Notes: generated by a model from the sequence alone, not told the origin. A stretch of DNA of 64,000 nucleotides from Eledone cirrhosa (GCA_964016885.1 OZ024756.1:35960001-36024000), one strand, 5' to 3'. Shown: positions 25,590-39,637, counted from the stretch's first letter. Program-made: numbers and translations.

Positions 25590-27310
25590 GTTGATGGTGG
25601 TGGTGGGGATAGTGTTGTTGGTGGTGGCAGTGGTTGTATTGATGGTGGTGGTGGGGATAGTGTTGTTGGTGGTGGCAGTGGTTGTGTTGATGGTGGTGGT
25701 GGTGGGGATAGTGTTGTTGGTGGTGGCAGTGGTTGTGTTGATGGTGGTGGTGGGGATAGTGTTGTTGGTGGTGGCAGTGGTTGTGTTGATGGTGGTGGTG
25801 GGGATAGTGTTGTTGGTGGTGGCAGTGGTTGTGTTGATGGTGGTGGTGGTGGGGATAGTGTTGTTGGTGGTGGCAGTGGTTGTGTTGATGGTGGTGGTGG
25901 GGATAGTGTTGTTGGTGGTGGCAGTGGTTGTGTTGATGGTGGTGGTGGTGGGGATAGTGTTGTTGGTGGTGGCAGTGGTTGTGTTGATGGTGGTGGTGGG
26001 GATAGTGTTGTTGGTGGTGGCAGTGGTTGTGTTGATGGTGGTGGTGGGGATAGTGTTGTTGGTGGTGGCAGTGGTTGTGTTGATGGTGGTGGTGGGGATA
26101 GTGTTGTTGGTGGTGGCAGTGGTTGTGTTGATGGTGGTGGTGGGGATAGTGTTGTTGGTGGTGGCAGTGGTTGTGTTGATGGTGGTGGTGGGGATAGTGT
26201 TGTTGGTGGTGGGGATAGTGTTGTTGGTGGTGGCAGTGGTTGTATTGATGGTGGTGGTGGGGATAGTGTTGTTGGTGGTGGCAGTGGTTGTGTTGATGGT
26301 GGTGGTGGTGGGGATAGTGTTGTTGGTGGTGGCAGTGGTTGTGTTGATGGTGGTGGTGGGGATAGTGTTGTTGGTGGTGGCAGTGGTTGTGTTGATGGTG
26401 GTGGTGGGGATAGTGTTGTTGGTGGTGGCAGTGGTTGTGTTGATGGTGGTGGTGGGGATAGTGTTGTTGGTGGTGGCAGTGGTTGTGTTGATGGTGGTGG
26501 TGGGGATAGTGTTGTTGGTGGTGGCAGTGGTTGTGTTGATGGTGGTGGTGGGGATAGTGTTGTTGGTGGTGGCAGTGGTTGTGTTGATGGTGGTGGTGGG
26601 GATAGTGTTGTTGGTGGTGGCAGTGGTTGTGTTGATGGTGGTGGTGGGGATAGTGTTGTTGGTGGTGGCAGTGGTTGTGTTGGTGGTGGTGGTGGTGGGG
26701 ATAGTGTTGTTGGTGGTGGCAGTGGTTGTGTTGATGGTGGTGGTGGTGGGGATAGTGTTGTTGGTGGTGGCAGTGGTTGTGTTGATGGTGGTGGTGGGGA
26801 TAGTGTTGTTGGTGGTGGCAGTGGTTGTGTTGGTGGTGGTGGGGATAGTGTTGTTGGTGGTAGCAGTGGTTGTGTTGGTGGTGGTGGGGATAGTGTTGTT
26901 GGTGGTGGCAGTGGTTGTGTTGATGGTGGTGGTGGGGATAGTGTTGTTGGTGGTGGCAGTGGTTGTGTTGGTGGTGGTGGTGGTGGGGATAGTGTTGTTG
27001 GTGGTGGCAGTGGTTGTGTTGGTGGTGGTGGTGGTGGGGATAGTGTTGTTGGTGGTGGCAGTGGTTGTGTTGGTGGTGGTGGTGGTGGGGATAGTGTTGT
27101 TGGTGGTAGCAGTGGTTGTGTTGGTGGTGGTGGGGATAGTGTTGTTGGTGGTGGCAGTGGTTGTGTTGGTGGTGGTGGTGGTGGGGATAGTGTTGTTGGT
27201 GGTAGCAGTGGTTGTGTTGGTGGTGGTGGTGGGGATAGTGTTGTTGGTGGTGGCAGTGGTTGTGTTGATGGTGGTGGTGGGGATAGTGTTGTTGGTGGTG
27301 GCAGTGATGG
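25590..27310. repeat. About 48-bp GT-rich minisatellite, about 35 copies
   Basis: Unit ATGGTGGTGGTGGGGATAGTGTTGTTGGTGGTGGCAGTGGTTGTGTTG with +/-3 bp variants; explains the 629-aa and 738-aa ORFs. Confidence 0.97.
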
Positions 27311-28574
27311 TGATAGTAGTTTTTGTTGTTGTTGATGGTGGTGGTGGTAGTAGTGGTGCTAGTATTACTGTTGGTGATTGTAGGAGTAGTAGTAGTAGGA
27401 GTAATAAGCAGTAGTGTTAATAGTACCTCTACTAGTAGTGGTGATAGGTGTAGTTGCAGTATAGGTAGTAGTGGTAAAAATAGTACTAGCAGCAAGAATA
27501 ATGGTGTTGATAGTAGTAGTAGTGGTAGTAGTAGTCGCAGTGGTGGTGGTGGTGGTAGTAGTATTAGTAGTAATGGTGCTGGTGGTGGTGTTAGTAGTGG
27601 CAGAGGTAGTAGTAGTGACAGTGGTGGTGGTAGTAGTAGTGTTGGTAGTAATAGTAGTAGTAGTGACAGTGGTGGTAATAGTAGCAGTAGTAGTGACTGG
27701 TAGTGGTAGTAGTGACAGTGTTGGTGGTAGTAGTAGTAGTAGTGGTGGTGCATGTGATTGTTGGTTACTGTTGATGTTATTGTGTTTATTAAACAACCTC
27801 AGCATCTTTTAACAGATAACACTCCTCTCATCTCTATCTCTCCTCTATCTCTCTTATGTAGTCTCTCCTCTACTCTCTCTCCTCTTCCTTCTATCTCTCT
27901 CTCCACCCAGTCTCTCTCTCCACTCAGTCTCTCTCCCTCCACTCAGTCTCTCTCTCCACTCAGTCTCTCTCTCCACTCAGTCTCTCTCTCCACTCAGTCT
28001 CTCTCTCCACTATCTCTCTCTCCCTCCACTATCTCTCTCTCTCTCCCTCCACTCTCTCTCTCTCTCTCTCCACTATCCACCTCACTCCCTCTCTCTCTCT
28101 CCCTCCACTCCCTCTCTCTCCCTCCACTCTCCCTCTCTAGTCAGTCCGCTACCACACTAGCCCTACTTAACTTCCAATACAATTCTAATGGTTTCTCTCC
28201 CACTTGTTACAGTGATGATTAAGGTGAAGGTGGTGGTGGTGGCGGTAGTATTGGTTAAGATGGTGGTGATGGTTAAGGTGGTGGTGATGATGATATACTG
28301 GTGGTGGTGGTGTTGGTAATGATATCCTGGTGGTTATGGTATGCTGGTGGTAGTAGTGGTGGTAGTGGTGGTGATGATATCCTGCTGGTGGTGGTAGTGG
28401 TAATGATGGTGGTGGTGGGGGTGGTGGTATTGGTGATGATGGTGGTGCTGGTGGTGACGATATGCTGATGGTGGTGGTAATGATGGTGGTGGTGTCGGTG
28501 GTAGCGGTAATGATGGTGGTAGTGGTGGTGGTGATGGTAGTATTGGTGACGATGGTGGTGGTGGTGGTGGAATG

Positions 28575-28920
28575 TTGGTGGTGGTGGTGACGATATGCTG
28601 ATGGTGGTGGTAGTGGTAATGATGGTGGTGGTGGTGGTGACGATATGCTGATGGTGGTGGTAGTGGTAATGATGGTGGTGGTGGTGGTGACGATATGCTG
28701 ATGGTGGTGGTAGTGGTAATGATGGTGGTGGTGGTGGTGACGATATGCTGATGGTGGTGGTAGTGGTAATGATGGTGGTGGTGGTGGTGACGATATGCTG
28801 ATGGTGGTGGTAGTGGTAATGATGGTGGTGGTGGTGGTGACGATATGCTGATGGTGGTGGTAATGATGGTGGTGGTGGTGGTGCTGGTGGTGGTGACGAT
28901 ATGCTGATGGTGGTGGAATG
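28575..28920. repeat. 50-bp minisatellite, about 7 copies
   Basis: CGATATGCTG recurs every 50 bp from 28591. Confidence 0.92.
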
Positions 28921-29228
28921 TTGGTGATGGTGCTAGTGTTGGTGTTGATATCCTAGTGATGATGGTATGGTGGTTGTAATAGTGATGGGATGATGATGCT
29001 GCCTGCCTAACTGCTGTGTGTGTGTGTGTGTGAGTGTGTGTATGTGTATGTGTGTGTTTCTATTGCCCCCCCCCCTATAACTATTGATTGGAGACTGTCC
29101 CACTGCTGCTGATTACACACACTCTCTATAAATGTGATATACATACATACATACAGTATATGTATGTGTGTATATATATATATATATAAATATGTGTATA
29201 GATATAAATGTGTATAGATATATATATA

Positions 29229-29265
<37 letters not shown>

Positions 29266-29345
29266 GTGTGTGTGTATATATATGTGTGTGTGTATATATA
29301 TGTGTGTATATATATATGTGTGTATATATATATGTATATATGTAA

Positions 29346-29377
<32 letters not shown>

Positions 29378-29402
29378 GTATATATATGTGTATATATGTA
29401 TA

Positions 29403-29445
<43 letters not shown>

Positions 29446-29459
29446 GTATATATATATAT

Positions 29460-29518
<59 letters not shown>

Positions 29519-29548
29519 ATATATATATATATTATATATACACACACA

Positions 29549-29624
29549 CAGGGTGTCCCCAAAAATTTGTATACACATTTATTAGAATGCTGTTGAAGTA
29601 TGTATACATTTTTGGGACACCCTG
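29549..29624. mobile_element. Tc1/mariner-like miniature inverted-repeat element, 76 bp
   Basis: TIRs CAGGGTGTCCCCAAAAATTTGTATAC / GTATACATTTTTGGGACACCCTG embedded in dinucleotide repeats. Confidence 0.75.
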
Positions 29625-29636
29625 TGTGTGTGTGTG

Positions 29637-29695
<59 letters not shown>

Positions 29696-29729
29696 TATAG
29701 ATGTATATATATATGTATATATGTATATA

Positions 29730-29762
<33 letters not shown>

Positions 29763-29946
29763 CTATAATATATATATACATATATATATATACACATATA
29801 TATATACATACATACACGCATATATACATATATATATATATATACACACGCACAGTAACTTAACTATTGACTCTACTTTGATCTAACATATCTCAAACAT
29901 TACATACATACATACACACACACAAATGTATATAAACATATACATG

Positions 29947-29984
<38 letters not shown>

Positions 29985-30100
29985 ATCTATACACTCCACC
30001 TCCACCCCTCACCCACTCCTTTCTCTATTTCTTCCTGTATTTTCTTCACATTCTCCCAATCTCCAAATATATTTTCTCACGTGTGCACACACACACACAC

Positions 30101-30174
<74 letters not shown>

Positions 30175-30201
30175 CACACATATATAGTTGTTTTTTTGTG
30201 C

Positions 30202-30234
<33 letters not shown>

Positions 30235-31023
30235 CACATACATATATATAGTTGTGTGTATATATATATATATATATAGACATGTATATGTATAAATAAA
30301 TATATATATATGTATAATATAAAATAACAGGAGGCTGGGTGTGTGTGTATATATACATATATATATATATATATAGATGTATATATAAAGAGAGAGAGAG
30401 ATAGACTCTCACCAGCTCTATTGACTGTTCCTTTCCTTTACCACACTATAAGCAGCATCTTTTAAAGTATTAGTACACACACACATACACATACTCATCA
30501 CACACACGCACATACATCATACTCATCACACACATACACATACTCATCACACACACATACATACATCATACTCATCACACACATACATCATACTCATCAC
30601 ACACACATACATACATCATACTCATCACACACATACATCATACTCGTCACACACACTTACACATACTCATCACACACTTACACATACTCATCACACACAT
30701 GCACATACTCATCACACACACATACATCATACTCATCACACACATACATCATACTCGTCACACACAAACATCATACTCGTCACACACAAACATCATACTC
30801 GTCACACACACTTACACACACACCATACACTCCAACACATTACACACATAGTTAACTGTAAATATCTCTTCATGTAAATTACACACAAACAAATGTATGT
30901 GTGTGTATGATTGTATACATATATATGTGTGTGAGTGTGTGTGTATGTGTGTGATTGTATACAGATATATATATGCGTGTGTGTGTGTGTGATTGTATAC
31001 AGATATATATATATATGTTTGTG

Positions 31024-31067
<44 letters not shown>

Positions 31068-31467
31068 ATTGTATACATATATATGTGTGTGTGTGTGATT
31101 GTATACAGATATATATATGCGTGTGTGTGTGTGTGTGATTGTATACATACATATGTGTGTGTTTGTTGATGTTCTGCTGTATATATTGACACAATAACAA
31201 CAACAGCAACAACAATAAAATGAATACTAATAAGGCAGGGGGGGGGGTAGCTTTAGAAATCAGTTGAACTTTTGGTGGTTGGAGCAATATTAAGGGACTG
31301 AGGATCTGTGATAGTGGTGGTGGTGGGGGTGATGATGGTGGTGGTGGTGGTGGTGGTGGTGGGGGTGATGATGGTGGTGGTGGGGGTGATGATGGTGGTG
31401 GTGGTGGTGGTGGTGGTGGTGGGGGTGATGATGGTGGTGGTGGTAGTGGTGTTGGTAGTGGTGGTGT

Positions 31468-32230
31468 TGTGTACTATCACTAAACTACAGTGGTGTTGAT
31501 GGTGATGATGGTGGTGGTAGTGGTGATGGTGGTGGTGGTGTGTACTATCACTAAACTACAGTGGTGTTGATGATGATGATAGTGGTGATGGTGGTGGTGT
31601 GTACTATCACTAAACTACAGTGGTGTTGTTGGTGATGATGGTGGTGATAGTGGTGGTGGTGGTGGTGATGGTGGTGGTGGTGGTGATAGTGGTGATGGTG
31701 GTGGTGGTGGTGTGTACTATCACTAAACTACAGTGGTGTTGATGGTGATGATGATGATGATGATAGTGGTGGTGATGGTGGTGGTGTGTACTATCACTAA
31801 ACTACAGTGGTGTTGATGGTGATGATGATGATAGTGGTGGTGGTGGTGGTGGTGTGTACTATCACTAAACTACAGTGGTGTTGATGGTGATGATGGTGGT
31901 GATAGTGGTGGTGGTGGTGGTGGTGGTGGTGGTGGTGGTGGTGTGTACTATCACTAAACTACAGTGGTGTTGATGATGATAGTGGTGGTGGTGGTGGTGG
32001 TGTGTACTATCACTAAACTACAGTGGTGTTGATGGTGATGATGATGGTGATGATGGTGGTGATAGTGGTGGTGGTGGTGGTGTGTACTATCACTCCACTG
32101 CTACACTGGTATTGATAATGATGATGATGATGATGATGATGATAGTCTTGTGTGCTGTCACTACACTACAGTGGTACTGATGATGATGATGATGATAGTC
32201 TTGTGTACTGTCACTGCACTACAGTGGTAC

Positions 32231-32240
<10 letters not shown>
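31468..32240. repeat. Minisatellite with constant 30-bp core and variable (GGT/GAT)n spacers
   Basis: GTGTACTATCACTAAACTACAGTGGTGTTG occurs 8 times plus 3 diverged copies. Confidence 0.92.
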
Positions 32241-32262
<22 letters not shown>

Positions 32263-32619
32263 TTTTGTACAGCTGATATTAGTGATGGTTGTACTCTAGC
32301 TACACTACAGTGATGGTGGCCTTGTGTATACTACCACTACTAGTGTACAGCTGATGGTCTCCTGTACTCCTAGTGTATACAGCAGTGAAGGAACTACTTG
32401 TCTCACACACTCCTGGTTTACAAGCACTGTCAGAAGGATTTACTGCTCTCATGTACTCCTACACTACAGCACATTGGCAGAAGGAAATACTGGAGAGAGA
32501 GAGAGAAAGAGGGTCTTAATGTACTCCTGGCTTACTCCACTGATTATCCTCTGTTGTACTCCTGGTCAACTACTTTGGTGATACTCTGATATAGTCCTGC
32601 TCTATTCATCCGTTGTCTT

Positions 32620-32655
<36 letters not shown>

Positions 32656-32717
32656 GTTACAGTCTATATAACATTTTATGCACACACAAAATATACAGAT
32701 ATATACATCACTATATT

Positions 32718-32759
<42 letters not shown>

Positions 32760-33113
32760 CACACACACATATATATACTGCATAACACTCAATATACAAG
32801 CAACATGCTATATAACACTACATACATGCTCCAAGCTACATAATGCTGTGTATATATAAATATGTATGTATATATACATATATATATAATATAGAGAATG
32901 CAGTGCAACAATGTGATTTGAATACAAACTTATTTTTCAACACATAACCACAAAAACAACTGCAGCCTCCACCACCACCACCACCACCGATACCACAATG
33001 ATACCTACAACAACAACAACAACAATAATGCTGATTATGTAATAGTAATGCAGAAATTATTTGCAGATACAGTAAAAAAAAAGTATATATAATATAATAT
33101 AATATATATATAC

Positions 33114-33157
<44 letters not shown>

Positions 33158-34814
33158 CAAAGTAGTTTTGTAAATGTTTTAAAATATTGATTTTTGGATC
33201 GACTTTTACTATTCCCGTTCTGTTTGTAAAATTGCGTATTGTGGATTTCGGAACTCTGGATTGGAATTGATTCTCACTTTGGACTGGTCTGCGAAACTTC
33301 TGGACCTCTCATTTTCTTACCATTTGTTGACTATCAGGATTTTTTTTTTTTCTAAGACCTTGGAATTTGGTAACTGGTTATTACAGGAAGTTTAGTAATT
33401 CCTGGATCGGTTTAGTAATTATTTATTGTATTTACAATAACCCATGTTAGCGTGGAAGGTGGACGTTAAAGGGCGATGATGATGATGAACATATGAACAA
33501 GATGTGGTTATCCAAATAGTCTAGTTTTGGCCTTTGACAGCCTGTCCAACCAATGCCAGCATGTTAAATGGACATATGATGATGATAATTATGAAGAAGA
33601 GATAGTTCGGTCACAGACTGTATCTTGGACAACCTGTGGTTTAACCAATGCCATCGTGGAAAGTGGACATGAAATGATGATGATTAAGATATGGTCTCTG
33701 ACGAATTCAGTTTTGAACTGTTAACCTATCCAGCCAATGACAGCATGGAAAGTAGGATCCTGGATTAGTTTACTACAGTATTCACTTCACATCACACGGA
33801 TCTCTTAACCCCACTTGTTACTAACACTAATAAAGTGTTTCAGGTTGAAGTGAAATGCGTTTGGGGGAATACTGGCCACTTATTAACAACGGCCGAGTCG
33901 AGTCGAACGTAGTTCCTGGATTACTCACGGATTGTTAGCAGAGTCTGTCTCTATTTCTGGATTTATTACCAAAGGCTGTTGTCTGTGTGTGTTGTCTGCA
34001 GCATCCATGGATTAGTCAGCAGTTGGTAGTGGAGGAGGAGGCTGTGGGTTCCTTTGGATTTTATTACCATTTGTTGCTATGACACCCACCATAAACATGG
34101 AAGTTAAAATGAATCTCATGTTTTGAATTGTCATCAGTTCCAACTACAGACAACTCTCCATCTCTCTCTCTATTTCTTTTACACACATTTACACAATCTC
34201 TCTCTCTCTCTCATTGTCAGTTATTTGTCCATCTTTCTCTCTTATCCCCCCCCCCTCCCCCACCTAAAATTAACTCCAGTTGAAGTTGTGAGGAACTTTC
34301 TATGTGATTGCCTGTGTATATATGTGTGTATATATGTGTGTGTATATGTGTGAATCTGTGTAATCTTGTTGCTGTTTATCTCTAACCTGTAATGGATCAT
34401 ATTTCAAGTCTTCTTCCTGCTGTCATCTTGTTCCCACTTGTTCAACTGTCCACCTGTTTATTCTCCCACTCACCTACCCCCATCCTTTTTATCTCAGAAT
34501 ACTCATCCTTCTAATTATATCAAACAAACAAACAAACAAAAAAGTATTTTTTTCCCAGGATTCCTATTGACACTCACTACTAAGTAATTCTGGTTAGGCA
34601 GTAATAATAAATAAGAAAAAGAACTCCCATTGCATAACAGAACAAACACTAACACCAGACATAAGGTAAACCCCTTAACATAACAAAACAAAACACTAAC
34701 ACAAACAGGGGGCATCTATACACCCGCCCCAACACACACAAGAATGTACACTAGTGTATGCACCTCAAGAACACAAGTGCACCCCGGTGATGAACTGTTG
34801 AAAACATTGACATT

Positions 34815-34895
34815 TGTACATTATTCTATATACCATAAATGCACCTTTGATGAGTTGTAGTGCACCTAAGCACTGTACATAATAATTTTCATTAC
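34815..34895 (+). mobile_element. CR1 3' tail fragment
   Basis: ATGCACCTTTGATGAGTTGTAGTGCACCTAAGCACTGTAC...AATAATTTTCATT. Confidence 0.75.
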
Positions 34896-35326
34896 TATAT
34901 TATTATTTAATAATAATAATAATAATAATTTTGATACAAAATCACATTTTAGGGTGGGGAGTGATGTGATTGATTACATTTACCCACCCAGTGCTTGACT
35001 GTTACTTTTTTCATTGACCCCTTTCCCCTTTCTCCCGTTAGGAGAATTGCACTCAGTATTTAAATTGATGGAAGTATATATATATATATATCATGAGGTA
35101 TTTTGTCTTCCATTCTGTCTCTCCCTTCCCCTTCCATAATACCAAACCCCTTGCTTCTATGATACAAAACCGGTTTGAACTATATACATAAACATCTCTG
35201 CAAGATATATATATATATATAGCCCTGTAAGATCTATACTTCTTATCACCTCCTGTAAGATTTATATCCCAGCAAAATATTTACTCCTACAGAATATATA
35301 CCCCAGCAAGATCTATATCTATCTAA

Positions 35327-35375
<49 letters not shown>

Positions 35376-35696
35376 CTTATCAAGATCTATATATATGTTC
35401 TTCAAGATTTATATATACCTTCTTCAAGATTTATATGTATCCTCAGCAAGATCTGTATCGCACAAAACCTACCCCACCAAGATATCTACCCCTGCAAGAT
35501 ATACCCCCATCCAATTGACACTACAGATCCCCAAAACCAGTTATTATAGAAGGCTATGGATATGCACCTATCTATCTATCTTCCTATCTGATAAAAAAAA
35601 AGCAAAAAAAGGAAAAAAAAACGATAATAATGACCAACAAAGGAGAACTTCCGCAGGAAACAATAATCTCGTGTTTGTTGTCTTAAATCAACGTTG

Positions 35697-35822
35697 ATGT
35701 GGTTGTGTTGTCGGCAACAAGGTTTCTGCTGGTGGAGTGGTGCACCACATGCAGCCAATGCCACTACTGCCACTGCAGTGGCCGCACGCACTGCAAATGA
35801 CCAACTGCAAGCTTCCAGACAT
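35697..35822 (+). CDS. Candidate alternative first exon (MWLCCRQQGFCWWSGAPHAANATTATAVAARTANDQLQASRH, phase 0)
   Basis: GC-rich unique island, ATG at 35697, donor CAT|GTAGGT followed by T-rich intron-like sequence. Confidence 0.4.
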
Positions 35823-36589
35823 GTAGGTACCAATATGTCACTATTCAAACAAAAAGAATTTTTTTTTTCCTCAATTGGAATTTTTATTTATTTATTCATT
35901 TATTTATTTCTGTAATATTTATTTTTAAATATTTCTCCAAATTTTTGTGTGTATTTCTCTCATTAAATGTCAAATCACAATTATCTGCTCTTGACTACCT
36001 CTACTCCCTACTTTTTTTTTATTGAATATCTTTTACATTTTAGTCTGGTAGGAAGGGATTGTGGCTATGGCTCTTTCTTAGCGTCATTGACACTCATTTA
36101 AACACTATATACTCTTATTTAAACATCATTGTTACCATTTTACATCCACTTTCTGTGTCAGCATAGGTTGGATGCATTGTCGCAATCTAAAGTTAGAAGG
36201 GTCAGAGAACCACGTCTTGCTCATAAGTTTCATATTCTTTATATGGTTTCTTTCTACGGATGGGTGTCTTTCCTAATGCTACCCATTTTACAGAGTGTAT
36301 CATCACATCATCATCATCATCCATCATAATACATGTAATATGTATATTTTATAATGACACAAACACAATCAGTTTACAGAGTGTACTGGGCAAATTTTAT
36401 CATGGAACCAGCACTACCACTTTATGAAGTGTGCAGGATGTATTTTGTGCAACCAACACAAGCTGTGTACAGTGGTGCAATCAGTAAAGTTAACAATTAA
36501 TATTGTGATGAATTTAATGTTCAGGTAGGGGCTCACTAGGGCTTTTTCCTCAGCCCCCTCCTGTTTATTATTGTTCTCCTGGTCATAAC

Positions 36590-37510
36590 AGAGGAGTTTA
36601 TAACTGGCTACCCATGGGAACTCCTTCATTCTGATGATCTATCCTTCATAGCCAAGTCTGCAGCAGAATTAGAGAAGAAATTTGAAACATGGAAACAAAA
36701 CCTGGAATCTAAAGGACTAAGTCAAATTGGCAAAACTAAGTCCTACTAAGTAAAAAATAAGAAACAGTGTCATGAGTCCCCCAGAGAAATAACCTTGCTC
36801 AGTATGCAGGAAAGATGTGGGTAGACATTCCATTTTATGTACAAGATATAAGCTATGGATACACAAGAGATGTAGCAGGATCTCAGGCAGGCTAGCAAAG
36901 AATGTAGGTTTTATATACATCAGATGCACAGGAGCAATGAGAGTTCATTAAAAAAAAGCCCAATGAAATGCTAACATGGCTCCCCTAGAGGTAGTTGACA
37001 GCTTCTGCTACCCGAAGTGAGTATGGGTGTTCTGAAAGTACAGTAGCCAGAGTGAGGACAGAATAGAAAAAATTCAGGGCTACTTCCTCTACTGTCTACA
37101 AAGGGTTTCCCCCTCTGAATGAAAGGCAGATTGTATGATACTTGTGTGTAAATGGCATCGGTGCAAGAAAATGTATGGATGATTTATGAAGATGATAAAG
37201 AAATGAGGCAAGCTTGCTCAAATAAATGTGTAATAGTAGTATACATGAATGATAAAGTGTCAGTGAACTGAGAAAAACTATACATAAGAGGGGTAAGATG
37301 CAATGTACAGAAGAGGAGACTGCATTGGTATAGATTTGTGATGCATATGGAGGCAGACAGCTGTTTAAAGAAATGCAGAGCGCTCGATCAACAGGACATA
37401 TAGAAGGGAAGACCTAGGAAAACTTTGGAAGGCCAACTACATACAGCTGAACTTCGTAAAGGAGATGACCCTGGATCGAGATAACTGGCAATATGCCATA
37501 CTGCAGAAGC
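36590..37510 (+). mobile_element. Degraded RTE-clade LINE ORF2 (RT C-terminal half)
   Basis: PWELLHSDDL (decayed YADD), Cys-rich PCSVCRKDVGRHSILCTRYKLWIHKRCS, EVVDSFCY, KGRLYDTCV, RRLHWY, GRPRKT; many stops and frameshifts. Confidence 0.85.
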
Positions 37511-38109
37511 ACCTTAATGTTGTAATGAGATAATGCTGGTGCCATGATAAAAAACACTGTGGATCCTGTAAGGTGGTAATGATGGTGCCCTGAAAAAAAG
37601 CTCCCAGTCCACTTTGTAAAGTGGTAGTGTTGGTGCCATGAATAAAGCACCCAATCTACTCTTTAAAGTGGTAATGCTGGTGCCACAAAAAAAGCTCCCA
37701 GTTTATGCTGTAAAGTTGTAGTGTTGGTGCCATGACAAAAAGTACCCTTTCCACCCCGTAAGGTGGTTGGCTCCCACCCTGTTTCATTAGCCACTGTTAT
37801 ACTGTTGTTCTCACCCAACATTCTACCAGACACCCACCCCCAAAATTCTACGGCACCCACTAATCATACTCTGTGTATGTGTGTTGGGTTCATGCATGAT
37901 TGAAAGTGTGTGTGTGTATGTATGCATGTATATGTATGTGTGTGCATGTATCTGTTTGTGTATGCATATATATGTGTGTGTGTTGGTGTGTATGCATATA
38001 TGTGTGTGTGTATGTATATATGTGTGTATGCATGTGTGTGGGTGTCTGTGTTACAATGATGTGCAGTGAGGTATATGAACAACAATGCTGCACACACATG
38101 CACATGCAG

Positions 38110-38159
<50 letters not shown>

Positions 38160-38714
38160 GCAGTGTGAAGAAGGTTGTAGGCGTTGATTGTACTATAAAG
38201 CTTATAAAGCCTCTAACAGAAACACCATCTCAGGCGTGTTGGTGTATAACATCCCATCTCCACCTCTCTCTCTGTCCTTGTATATCTCTCTCTCTCTCTC
38301 ACCTTGTATATCTCTCCTATCTCACTCTCTCACCTTTATTTATCTCCCCCCTCTCTCTCTCTCTCTCTCACCTTGTATATCTCTCCTATCTCTCTCTCTC
38401 ACCTTGTATATCTCTCCTATCTCTCTCTCTCACCTTTATTTATCCCCCCCTCTCTCTCTCACCTTGTATATCTCTCCTATCTCTCTCTCTCCTATATCTC
38501 CTCCCCCCTCTCTCTCAATTACACTCCTCACTGTCAAAAATACTCAATCAATATTCTGTAAAGACAGATCAAACGTGACCATTTCAGAACGTGAAGTGGA
38601 ATACATTGATTGATTCTGCTTCCATTCCTCCCACTACTGCCACTTCTCCCACAACTGGTCTCTCTTTTTGGTTAATATTTAGGGCAGTTGGTGCAGTGCT
38701 AACTTTACTCTCTC

Positions 38715-38755
<41 letters not shown>

Positions 38756-38756
38756 G

Positions 38757-38802
<46 letters not shown>

Positions 38803-39309
38803 TGTCTCTCTCTCTATCTCTCTCTGTCCTGTCTGTCTGTCTCTATCTCTCTTGCCAAATAAACTGTTGGGGTTCAAGTAAAAACAAAATATATATATGG
38901 TGCCCCAGCATGGCCTCAGCTGGATGGCTGGAACAGGTAAAAGAGTATATATATATATATATATATATGAAATAAAGTACCAGTCAAGAACTGGGGTCGA
39001 TTTAATTAATTTTCCCCTCCTTCCATGCTGTTGGCCTTGTATCTAAATTAGAAATTGATATTATATAAGTAGTTGACAAACATAGAGCAGAGAAGACCCC
39101 TTGATCTTGTCAAGGACCTCATAATTTCCCTAGTGCTAGACCTACGATAAAATATACTCTGGAAACTCTGGAAAGTGGTAGTGCTGGTCCCACAATAAAA
39201 TACACCCTGTACGCTCTGTAAAGTGGTAGTATGAGTACCATGATAAAATGAACTCGGTTTGCTCTAAAGTGGTAGTGTTAGACCCACAATAAAATGCACC
39301 CTGTACACT

Positions 39310-39428
39310 CCGTAAGGATGAAAGGTAAAGTTAACCTCGGCAGGATTTGAACTCAGAATGGCAAGGGCCGTAACTCTATGCGTCAAAGCATGGCGTCCGA
39401 CCCTTTACCGATACTGCCAATCCACCGC
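39310..39428 (-). mobile_element. SINE family A, 5' half
   Basis: Consensus match. Confidence 0.85.
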
Positions 39429-39637
39429 TGAAATAATAATGATATAAAATTTTGTTTGGGTTAGTTTCTAATTTATTTGTGGATAATCTAATATGACAAT
39501 TAAGTGGAAAGTTGCCTAAATTAAGAAAAATATTAGCTTGTAGTCCTGAAAAGTAGAATACTCCATTGCTTGTAGTCCAGTGTGGTAACACTAGTAAATG
39601 ATGATCATCTCAACTTTCTCGTCTCTCCCTGCCCTTC

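Noticed and set aside
25525-27753. 629-aa Val-rich and 738-aa His-rich proteins
   Set aside because: Both are translations of the same 48-bp minisatellite and adjacent trinucleotide tracts.
31468-32240. CRISPR array
   Set aside because: Spacers are GGT/GAT microsatellite, not unique sequence; eukaryotic context; no cas genes.
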